Part shown: piece after piece, positions 12,859 to 23,695 of the stretch | How the letters are laid out: every line of letters starts with the position of its first letter | Position numbering within the stretch: the stretch's first letter is position 1 | Assembly: GCA_008632985.1 (NCBI GenBank) | Contig: QPGO01000191.1 | Location: 62,001-126,000 of the forward strand | From: Psammoneis japonica | Lineage: Eukaryota | Reading direction: 5' to 3' | Length of the DNA stretch: 64,000 bases | Notes under the pieces: generated by a model | Told to the model about the DNA's origin: nothing | What the model saw: only the letters and a program-made list of their open reading frames with translations | Databases searched by the model: none | Program-made: the position numbers and the translations under genes

Positions 12859-15413
12859 CTAGTCCTTTGCCGCAACTTGCGGCTCCGCTACAACTTCTAC
12901 TTGCACTTCTTTCTCCTCAATATCCTCGTCGCTTTCTTCCTCTTCCTTTGGATGCAGTTTTCGAGAACGGCGTCTTTCATCACTTTGTACGGGGCTGTTC
13001 GTTCCGTCCACAGCTCAAACTGGCCAACACCCTGTTCCCACAGCATTTCGGAGCCGCGTACTACCTGACACCCGGCATCTTCTGACTGCAAAAGCAAGTC
13101 TGTGTTGTATGGCTTGTAGTTCACATCAAACACAATCGGTTTCATGTCCGATACAATCCAGTCCGGAAGCACAAAGCCTGCGCCAGCTGGCAACGTGCTA
13201 ATCACCACTCGAAGAGACCCATCCTTTAGAATATCCCCAAGATTCTTTCCATCCTCGCTGGAAGACTCAATGCTTGTTACCACATCGCCCCCAAAAGAAT
13301 CCGCCAATTCGGCAGCTTTCTCTGGAGTTCTATTGTAGTATATTCTTTTCAGTCCGAGCTTCTCGGCCGCATAGGCCGCTGCTCTTGCTGTTCCTCCCGC
13401 CCCGACAATCAATGCGTAATCTTCTGATGACTGCTTTCCTCCGAGTTTGCGCTGTAGAGGATTGTATATTCCTCTCCAATCCGTGTTATCGCCGTAAATG
13501 ACTCGTTTCATTTCGTCATCTTGGAATTCTTCCTTGACGACTAGAGTGTTGACGCTACCAATCGTGGAAGCGGCGTCACTCATGATATCCACATAGGGAA
13601 TGATGGCCTGTTTATGAGGAATGGTGACACTGCAACCTCCAAAATCGTCCGCTTTGAAAAAGTCTGAGTCGACAAATTCTTGCACCGTTTCAACATCGGC
13701 AAGGTAGTACTCGTGAGGCAACCTTGCAGCAGCAAATGCGGCCCCTTGCATTTGTGGACTAACCGAATAGGCAATGTTGTGTCCCAATATACAATATCGC
13801 ATGGGTTGAAAGATCTGCATCAAGAGGCGTGTCGTCATGATTTCGCTCGACGTCATTTGTCCCGGTGCCGCCTTGAAGGGTAATGATTCGTGTGTCACGG
13901 GAGTAAAGGCAAAGTTGAGGACTCGCGAGTACTTTCCCTTATCATCAAGAATAAGAGACACGCTCGGAATGACTGGCTTTCCGTCTCTTGCTGCCAAGCT
14001 GGAGGCAATCGATGCCGCATCGTACGCCATTCTGTCATTTTCGTCGCTGTCAATGCTCAACACCACCTTGGCACCATGAGCCCGTCCACCAATAGCACAC
14101 TGCTGGAAGATTTTGACGGCTTCTTCTATTTCCACCTCCTCTCCGACAACATGGTGGCTCCCCAAAATCTGAGTAGAATACCTCTCTTCGGCAAGTGTCA
14201 ACAACTCGTCCGTGAGCTTTTCGTCCCACGCGCTCTCAACGTCCAGCACTTCCACTCCGGATCGCAATCCCCACTCCAGCATTTGAAACATTTTCTCGAT
14301 TCCCTCTTTGTCATCTGGATAAGTTCCAGCTTGGTGCTGCGTTCGAACCGTATAAACAATGGGCAAGGCATCGTCAATGACCATTCCCTTAAAGGGCAGA
14401 CCCGGCGATCGCTTGGCGTGCGGACGACAATACTTGCGAAGCAACTGTTGTCCATAAATCGAGTCGAATCGACTATCCCGACAATCCAACAAATCGGCAC
14501 GATACTCCATAGCATCGACATCGCGACACATTTCTTGCACGTACGGTTTCACCTCGGTGATATCCGGAAAGGAAAGAGACAAGAAAAACGTGTGCTTTCC
14601 CATGGTGAGGGCAGGATTGTTGACGGAGCTGTTTTCACCTCCCGGTACGGCGGGAACAAGCTGTGCTCGAGCAACAATACGACGTAATTCCCATTCAATG
14701 TGCAACCAATCATCATCACTTTCTTGGTCCGACATGCCCTCGTCCTTGATGCACAGCTCATAATCAGAATACTTGACAAAGACGTCGTCTTCCAAGCTAC
14801 TCTTTCTTCCCGATACCTCCTTGTTCATCTTGCCATCCTGAGGATGAACATTGACATAAATTGAAAGCAATCCAGCATCCTCGTACAAGGCTTCCGCCAA
14901 GTCGGCATAGTGATTCGATAGTTTCGTCGCATGCTTTCCGTCATTCATGGCAAAGTAATCGTCATTAAAATCAAGAACAATCACATTGGGAACTTGACTT
15001 TGTTGGTTTTCGACGTAACGGAGCAAGTCATTCTTCTCGACATTGAATGTTCCGTCCGACGTGATTCCTGCTACAGAAATTGTGTCTGCTTTGTTGTTGT
15101 TGCTGCCCATTTCTGCTTGCAGTGACTGTGCGAGACGATGGAGCTCACCGCCCGCTCCCGAGCACCCAAGCAGTACAATGGGTTTATCATTATAGACGGC
15201 GCTCTGAAACTTGTTTCTCAAAGAAGTTTCCGTGCTGACCGTGGTGGTGGTTGCCGCTGCAAGACTTGTTTTTTGATCCGCCAAAGACAACGAGCGTACT
15301 CCAAAGGCGGCTGGAGGTGTCGACATGGAAAAGGCGTCAGCGTAATCAACTGCCAATAGCAATTGCATGCAAGAAGCGAGCAACACCGTTAGAGGCCGTC
15401 GTATGCTTTTCAT
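12859..15413 (-). CDS. Plastid-targeted type I 3-dehydroquinate dehydratase/shikimate dehydrogenase with degenerate shikimate-kinase-like N-domain; probable 1-nt frameshift near the C-terminus
   Basis: Signal peptide ending ADA-F, then [21 protein letters not shown] (DHQase) and [27 protein letters not shown] (SDH). The given ORF stops at 12897; an acidic tail in another frame stops at 12859. Confidence 0.92.
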
Positions 15414-16090
15414 TGTTACCGGTATGTTGAGGAGTGAGTTTTGTGTAATTGCAAAATAAAATGAGTTGAATGATGAATGATGGGACAAGCACAAAAGCCG
15501 TTTGTTCCTGACGACACGAGGCATCAAAAATGTGGCGACTGCAGGTCGCGACGATTTTGATCGATGGACAGGAGTGTTCGTGTGACTTTCTGCAGGACAA
15601 AAGTGCCGCATTCCCTCAACGACTCTCGCGCGTTGAGAGCGCACCTGCATCAAAACCCAGTTATTACTGTAGGCCCTACGCCTAAGGTTAGCCCTACCTA
15701 CCGTACTCTAGTAGAGAGTTGGGGTGGCCCCGGATGTGTTCAATGCCCTCCGCTCGGTAGTTACTGTACAGTACATACGTACAGTGTAGTGGGGCCTGCT
15801 GTTGCACTGCTGCATGCTTTCTGCTTTCTGCTTTCTGCCTTGCCGCGCCGCCTCCTCATCTTCCATCATGCATGTACCATACGGGCACGCATGTACCGGT
15901 ATGAATGAAAACGAATCGAATGAATGAATGAACGAATGAACGAACGAAATGCGAAAAGTATGTCTTGTTTTCACAGTTTTAGCTTTTAACAATAATACGT
16001 CCAACAGAGGGCGTGCGAAAGCGCACTATTGTCGCTGCAAGGGGGTAACGTTGCGATGACGATGAACGGTTTTGCGAACGTTTTACCTAG

Positions 16091-16167
16091 TATTTTCTGG
16101 GGTAAACCTGGTATTTTCTGGGGTAAACCTGGCATTTTCTGGGGTAAACCTGGCATTTTCTGGGGTA
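16091..16167. repeat. 21-bp minisatellite, about 3.7 copies
   Basis: (t/c)attttctggggtaaacctgg repeated; copies differ by TA versus CA. Confidence 0.9.
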
Positions 16168-16665
16168 GTCGTGGTTCACGACTCTACTTAAGCGTTGATC
16201 GCTTTTGCAAAAAGCATCCCTGAACAGGGGGATGTGTTGACTTGTCAGCAACGGGTGCCGTTGCGGCTGGGTGCTGGGGTGCATGCCGGGTGGCTCTCAA
16301 TTCTCAATTCTCTGGATGACCTTGTTCACGATGGCGTTCACGAGTACTGCACCGGTAAGGTTATGCCTGGTGTGTCTTCTTTTAGATCATTTGGCCACCA
16401 TGGGATTGAATGTCATTGAAAAGCCTCGTTTTGGTTTGTGAGAGATCGCTTTTGTTTCGTTGGGTGGTGATGATAAGATGCTCGAACTGATCCTCGATCC
16501 TCGAACTCATCCGCGAAGTTCAAAGTGATCCGCGAACACTGCGGGACAACTAAATTGGAGCATGAGTCGATGCCCGTCATCCCTCCTCCGCGATCCGCAT
16601 TGCTCATAATGTGTGTAAACGACTCGCACTCAAGAAGAACGAACTCGCCAGATCTGCCATTCACA

Positions 16666-18948
16666 ATGGACGACCAGCAGCATGGGATCAACATGGGCTC
16701 CATCCAGAGCCTTGGCATTATGAATGCCTTGAAAACTGGCGATCCAAAGGTCGACATGATTCTGGCTCTAATGATGCCCTTTGCTCTTAACTACCTTCTA
16801 AGCTTTGCTGGTAAAGTTGCAAAGCTCACAAAAGAGGCTTGGACTCGTTGGTGGTGTGGACAAGTTCACGTTGTTAACTATCATGAACGATGCATTGCTC
16901 ATCGTTCCCAGTTCAACGCCGATGGTTACAGGGTGAATCACGACGGTAACACCAAGAACGACGATTTGATCAAGGCGATTCGTCTCTATCTCCATTCAAA
17001 TGTTGATATGAAGCTGGTAAAAGCTGATGTCGATCTTACGAAATCTCCTGTAAGGTGCAATTATCCGACCGTGGCAAAGGTTCTCAGTGCGTGTCATCTC
17101 GTGAAGAATCCACCGGCAAATGAGTGGCACAAGCTGGGATATTACAGCAAACCACCCGCCCTTGTGGAGCTAAGTATCGAGAACCAGCAGAACTCTGCTA
17201 AGGACGATGATTCTGGACAAGGCGATCAAGACAGCAGCCGTGACAAGAAGGTTGAAGTGGAAGTCTTTCGTCTTCGCTCGCTTCAGGGATCCGCCATTGA
17301 CGATTTTTTGGACACTGCGTTCAAATGGTACGTTGACGAGCTGCGCAAGTCGGAAGACTTGTCGCGATACTATTATGAACTCGAAGGCGACGATAGTTTT
17401 GATTTCAGCAGGCGGCAGCGTCGTCATCGTATGTATACACGATTCAAGCTGTCAAATGAGAAGACGTTTGGATCTCTCTTCTTTCCAGAGAAAGAGACTA
17501 TTCTTCAACTTGTCGATAATTTCTTGGACAAGACAGGCAAATACGCTATTCGAGGTTACCCACACAAGCTTGGCGTGCTCCTCCACGGGCCTCCTGGCAC
17601 AGGAAAAACGTCCTTTATAAAAGCTCTTGCGGAATACACGGGTCGCCATGTTGTGAATGTCCCAATTGCCAAGATTGAAACCAATGCAGAGCTTACGTCT
17701 ATGTTCTTTGATAAGAACTATTCTTCCCAGGATGGAAGTGTGAACATGGACTTTAAGGATGTTATCTATGTGATGGAGGACATTGATGCCGTCTCTGATA
17801 TTGTCAAGCGTCGCGACGGCAAAAAGACAGCGCAAGTGATCCAGACTTCGCACATTGACTTACCGGCACCCAAGTCGCTATGGCGCATGTTGGTGGAAAG
17901 TGAAAATGACGATTGCAAGTATCTAGTAAAGATTCTAATGTCCAAGTCTCAAAGGCTCAAGTCGGAAGCAACGAAACCAGAAGTGGTCCGATCGGTGACC
18001 AAACGCCTAATGGCATTGCCTGCCTTGGGACTTGTTGGTGAAACGGACGACAAAACACTTCATGCCCTGTTATCGGATGCCATCAAATCATCCAAGACGC
18101 TAATGAAAGAGTATGCATCAGTTGACCAGTACTTGGGAGCTCAGGCAAAGACACTAAAGCGAATCTTGGAGGACGGTGCCGATATTGACGAAGCGCTGGT
18201 AGATGAATTGCTAGGTATTGAGCGGCCATCTCTTCCTCCCTTGGTCAAGCGGCCCTTGTCTCGAGACGTGAGCTATTCCAAGTATGATAACTCAAAAGAT
18301 GTGTATGTGGAGATGAGAGAACTAAAGGAAGCGCTGATGAATCCTCACTTGCCAGGATCGACCTCACGTGCTGAAGGAGGCGAAACAAATGGCATCCGAA
18401 GCTCTTACGCGGGTTTGTTGAAACCGCAAGATAGCCTGAATCTACAAGGCATTTTAAATGTTTTGGATGGTGTTGTTGATACGCCATCACGTATCATTAT
18501 CAGTACGTCTTCCTTGTCGTTTTCTTTGCTGTCTGAGAGCACTAATTTCATGATCCTCAACCACTGTTTCGTTTCTGCTTTTACAGTGACTACTAATCAT
18601 CCTGAGCAGCTTGATCCGGCATTGATCCGTCCTGGTAGGATCGACAAGAAGGTACATCTCGGCTACATGGATTCTTCCGACATTTCCAAGATGCTCGAAC
18701 TCTACTTTCAGACCAATCTCGACGAAAAGCAAAAGACGCGAATCGAAACAGCAATCAAAGGCGATGCGCAGGAGAAGAGGCCAGCGCTAAATTTTACCCC
18801 TGCGCAGGTTGAGCAAATGGCTTCCGAATTCGACTCTGTTGACAACATGATTTGTGCTCTCGAAGAAAAGGCCTTTGAGATTGCCGTAGCGCCGTCGGAC
18901 CTGCTTACGCTTGGAACCACGGCTACGGAGGTTGCCTTTGGGCTTTAA
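16666..18948 (+). CDS. BCS1-like AAA+ ATPase; in-frame 84-bp intron 18503-18586
   Basis: [29 protein letters not shown], spliced [30 protein letters not shown]...TTACAG intron. Confidence 0.9.
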   Translation: [760 protein letters not shown]

Positions 18949-19413
18949 AACTTAGTTACTATATCTACCGTTTACTGTAGTACTATAGCTATAGAGTTTT
19001 AGACAGATGATTCGTATCCAACAGAGTGCGTAACCAGCACAAAATGCTCCGTCTCTCACGCACAGTCTCCACCGTGAGCCTCTGCGAGACAATCGAGCGT
19101 CTCACGTCTGTCTTCGCGCTTAAGTCGTAAAAGCGGGATGATTTAATGTCAAAATAATGTAAGTCTCCTCTTGATACGAAGGTCTTGGCGATGGGACGTG
19201 GGGCGGTGGTCCTTCATACGTCGCAAGCCCAGAGCAACAGCGTGACTCAAGCGAAGTCAGCAGAGCATGAAAGATGTTAATGTTGTAGATTGGTGTTGTT
19301 TTAATTGCCTCTTTTCGCTTTTGGAATGATTGGCATCGCGCGTTTTTTAAAGACAGTAGCAGGGTCCGGCCTGGAGGAGCATTCGTGGATACGGTGACCG
19401 GCAGTCCTGGGAA

Positions 19414-20518
19414 TTATTTACTGCACTTCCCATTTGCTTTGCACCAGCCACTGCAGCAATCAGCGGTGTTTTGCGAGGGGGTGGAGCACGGGCATTGTTC
19501 CACCACAACCCGAGGGCGGTCCGGGCCCTGCACCTCCGCCATCAACAGGCCCACACGATCCTTTATTTGGGTGCCCACTCCATTTGCACACAGAACCACC
19601 GAAAGCGTCGTTGCATGCCGATTTGGGCACAATGCCTTCACAAACGATAGGAATCGGAGAAGTCGACGGAGCTGGGGACGATGTCGGCAATGGATCCAAC
19701 TCGTTGAGGACGAGAGCGTCTTTCCAGTGCACCTCCGTGTCGGACGACCCGTCGGATCGGAGAAAGCAGACGTTGCGCGGACCCAGGACCGTGTCGCCAT
19801 CGCTCTGTGCGCATTCTGCTGGGACGGTGGACGAGCTTGTGCTCAACCACTCGCCAGATTTGTCGGTGTACGAGTGTCTTAGGACCCAGCTCCCGTCGCC
19901 AACCTCATCAAGGTAAAGTTTCAGCTGTACCTCGTCGTTGTTCGAGCCGGTCGTTGTGGCTGTGAACCTCATCCCGATCCAGGTGTTCATTGGGACGCCG
20001 TTGACAAAGTACGGGACTCTCTTCGATGGGCTGTAAACTGTGCCACCCGACCCATGGTAATACTCCTTCTGGAACGACAGCTCGCCCGTCTGCCAGTAGA
20101 TTCTTGCGTAGTATCCCATTGCCTCGCAGCCGTCGGTGCTGTACAGATCGTGATTGGACCGGGTCACCAGGGTAAGGCCGGAGTAGCTCTTCAGGTTGCC
20201 AGCTTGGACGAACATTCCGTACACCTGGAAGTCGGTATTCTCCCACCCTGCCACATCCGATGAGTGGCTGATGTAAAGGCGGGGGCTTGCGGACATCTTG
20301 CAGATTCCATTGCCCAGTGTGATGCTGCCCGACCCTCGCATCATAGTTCGGCTGTCGTTCGGGTCGACTTCAAATGCATTATCGAGGGTCCGTATGGTCC
20401 CGCCCCATGCATCGTACCAATCCCCGACCGCGTCCGAGCGAAGCAGAAACAGAGGCGACAGAAGCGTCGTTCTGAATCCAAATAATCTCATCGTGATGGT
20501 GATGCTCAGTATGATCAC
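19414..20518 (-). CDS. Secreted protein: beta-rich domain, PT/PS linker and Cys-rich C-terminal module (frameshift near 19495)
   Basis: Hydrophobic N-terminus; Gly/aromatic-rich core (YYARIYWQTGELSFQKEYYH); PTSSPAPSTSP linker; tail PCS...DCCSGWCKANGKCSK* in another frame. Confidence 0.7.
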
Positions 20519-22276
20519 AACATCTCACAATTTCGCAGATCGCAGAACATTGGTGTCATCAAGGTGACTCAAACACGACGGTGCACGGTGACCTCATGCG
20601 CGATTCGCGTTCGGTTTCCTGCCGTCATTTTGAATGGCCTTCTTCATTCTTGCCTTCTTTTCAGCTTTTCCTCACAATCTCTCATTGAATCTGTTGTCAC
20701 TGACCCCATTGTTAGTAATGCCATCCTCGGGTTAGACCGAGGTTTTCCTCTTTGACTTCTTGATGTTCCTGCATCTGCCATCAAGCTTCCAATGCTTGGA
20801 AAGATTGCTCAACAGCGCCAGCCAGGTCTTGGAGTTTTTTTTTTCTGGCGGCGTCACACTGGGAAGTGGACCAGCAGTTTGCAAGGTGCCAGTGTAAATG
20901 AACAGAGCAGCATGCAGCACTTTTCACTCTGGGTGTGCAGCGATGAGTGGCCTTTTTGAAAACCGGTAAAGCGGGTCAAGGGGGAGAATTGGGTCATTCC
21001 AGCAGATTGGCAGACCCTCAGCCAAGGCTGGGCACACAAGAAGCAACCCACAATGAAAAAAGGCAGCTTTGAAGTTGACCCAAGATCACAGCTATGCTCC
21101 TTTCCATGAGAGCAGTGTGCTGCACAAGCAATTGTCTCAGAAAGGCCTGGATGTGGTGCAGACTCCATGGCTTCCCGCCCCACAACACAGCGTCATGGGC
21201 ACTCTCACAGTGTTGGGAGTCTGTGATGATGATGTTGCAGAGTCTGCAATGAATTGTCAAAACCACAACACTGCAAACGTCCATTGTGAAACCTGCAGCA
21301 TTGTCCGCGGTGCTCCTCCTGCTTGTGCACTGCCCACATCTCTCCTGATGTTGCCAAAACACATGGTCAATTGCTGTGCTGCATGTTGTTTGTTTGGACT
21401 TTCAAAACAACATCTGAGTTGGATCCAGATCTTCATGGACACTGCACAACATGCAAGGCATCCTCAAACACATGCAAACACACACCAAAAAGATCCAGAT
21501 CTGATCTGTGGGTGCAGCATCTTCAACTTTGTTGAGCAGTTTTGGGACACTGCACACAACTGTTGCTGGATTTTCTGCACGAACTTCTTCATGCATGACT
21601 TTGGATGCAGCATGGCACGTTTTCTGGAGGAATTGCTGGAAACAGGGTTTCCCAGTTGCATTGTTGGAGTTTTCACCTTTTTCCAGGTGAATTTGTGGGT
21701 CTTCCTTCTTGGACATTGCTGGGTTTCATTCCTGCATGCCAACCACTGTCTCACACATGTTTCTGGGTTTGAGGGCACCTCCAATCTTCTGGGGAGCAAC
21801 CCATTGCCAGAGCTCCAGGAATGAACTGGTGCCCTCCTCCACCAGCATTCCTGGACTGTGCTTCAGGCACAGCATTGTTCTCATCTGGGGCCTGTGGTGC
21901 AATGCCGCGTGCATCAACAGAGAGTCAAGTGGAGCGCAACAAAATGATCCAAGTCAGTGCATGTTGGTGGAACTGGCTTTCCATGTGGCACTCCACCACA
22001 CAGTTTCTTCTGATTCTGAATGCAGCAAACATTTGATCATCAAGCCCCATCCATGGTTTTCTCATCCTGTTGGGTGCGGGACAAGACTTGCAGGCAAAGG
22101 ATTCTTTGACATTCTGGCTGCAAGAATGGTGGTCAAATGCATTCTTTTTTTGAGTCGCCAGAAAAACAAAAGAGAAAAACTGTTCTGAGGATAACTCACC
22201 AAATGTTTTTATTGGCGTTTGACTGCATTGTCTCCTTGGCTCTGCTGAAAATGCAAAAAGCAGAGCTGTTGAGGAC

Positions 22277-22748
22277 AGTCGAAGCTCGCGTGTCCGCGCA
22301 AGCTCCGAGTGCCTTCCCAACGTGTCGACTGGATGTCCACTCCAGATCGATGCCTCAGGCAGAATGCAAGTAGATGGAATCTGCTTGCGAGTGGTGACGA
22401 GCATTTGGTCTTTCACAAAAGTGCCAGTGACCAAATCACAAGCTGCCTAGACTGAATCTGCTGAATGCACCCAAACAGAGGTTGATCCGCAGGTTTGCAC
22501 TGGAGACTGGTGCAAACTTCAGGGCCAACCACATTCACAACAATCATCCAAATGCTGCTGAACCAATCTGTGGTTGGTCCAACATCTGTGCGAAGCCTGT
22601 GATCTCCAAAGCACCGCCTGTGATCCCCAAAGCATTCGGCTTGAGAATCAAGTCGACGTGGCGCGAAAAGAATTTCAACAAGAATTCCGATTGATGGAAG
22701 CACAGACACAACAGAGAATCTGGGTTGGTGGACAGACGAACCACGACT
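22277..22748 (-). repeat. 3' LTR of element A
   Basis: Colinear with 28069-28540; termini AGTCG...CGACT. Confidence 0.93.
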
Positions 22749-22894
22749 CTCCCTCTCATTCACAGATTCCAGCAACCAACAAGAAAATCACAAACGAGAA
22801 AGCTCACACAATTGGTGCAAGTTCAGAGCAAAGCTCCCACATCTTGACCGAGCCACAACACATGACAAACAAAGGAAGCGATGCTTCCAAAGTG

Positions 22895-23695
22895 CTGCCA
22901 CCCTTGGACCTTCAACCGGTTGTTCTCGAAGAGCTCTCGAGTCAAAGGCTTGGTGAGACAATCGGTGAGTTGCTCGGCCGATTCCACCTTGATCGCATTG
23001 AACTCATCACAATGCAACCAGAACCAATGCCACTTGATGAGAAAATGCTTGGTGCGATTGGTGATGCGGTGGTTGGCAGCCAGGTGGTGGGCGCCTTGAT
23101 TGTCTTCGAACATGCGTGCACGAACCGAAGTCCTGAGATCTTGGGAGATGTCTGGGGTAAAGACGATCTCAAGGAGCAGGTTCTTCAAAGGTGGGAGAGT
23201 CCAAAGAGCACAGGAGGCGGCTTGACACTCGGCTTTGAGGGTGGAGCAGGAAACAGCTGACTGGAGCTGCGATTTCCACACCAAAGGACATCCACTGAGA
23301 GTTGTGATGCATCCGGTGCGAGACCTCACAGAATTTGGGTCAGAATCTGCTTCGCAGCAATGGAGACCAGCAAAATCAGCATTGACCCATAAATCAAGAT
23401 CCAAACAACCGGTTGGAGATGGCAGCATCCCCTGATCATGCGTCCTTTTCAAGCAGCGGACCAGAGTCTTGACGGCGGTTGCGCGCGACTGTTTTGGGTT
23501 GGAATTGAAGCGTGCAACCTGACTGACGGTGAGGGAAATGTCAGGACGGGTGTTGGTGGACAAGCACAGGAGCATTCCAACGATGGAGGGATGGCTCCAT
23601 TCCTCCTGCATGGGATCTCCGTCCACATCAGTGCCAAGGGCTTGGGACGCCGCAGGGAGCAAGTTCGGTTTGCTGTCAACCAAGCCGGTGGCCAA
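22895..23695 (-). pseudogene. Element A RT C-terminus and RNase H
   Basis: SIVGMLLCLSTNTRPDI, NADFAG, SRTGC, WKSQLQ, FEDNQGA, TKHF, DCLTK; ends GW then CAG (inferred former TAG). Confidence 0.9.

Noticed and set aside
15414..16665. N-terminal extensions of ORFs 12897-15653 and 16525-18948 from non-ATG starts
   Set aside because: Eukaryotic context; downstream ATGs at 15413 and 16666 give sensible N-termini.
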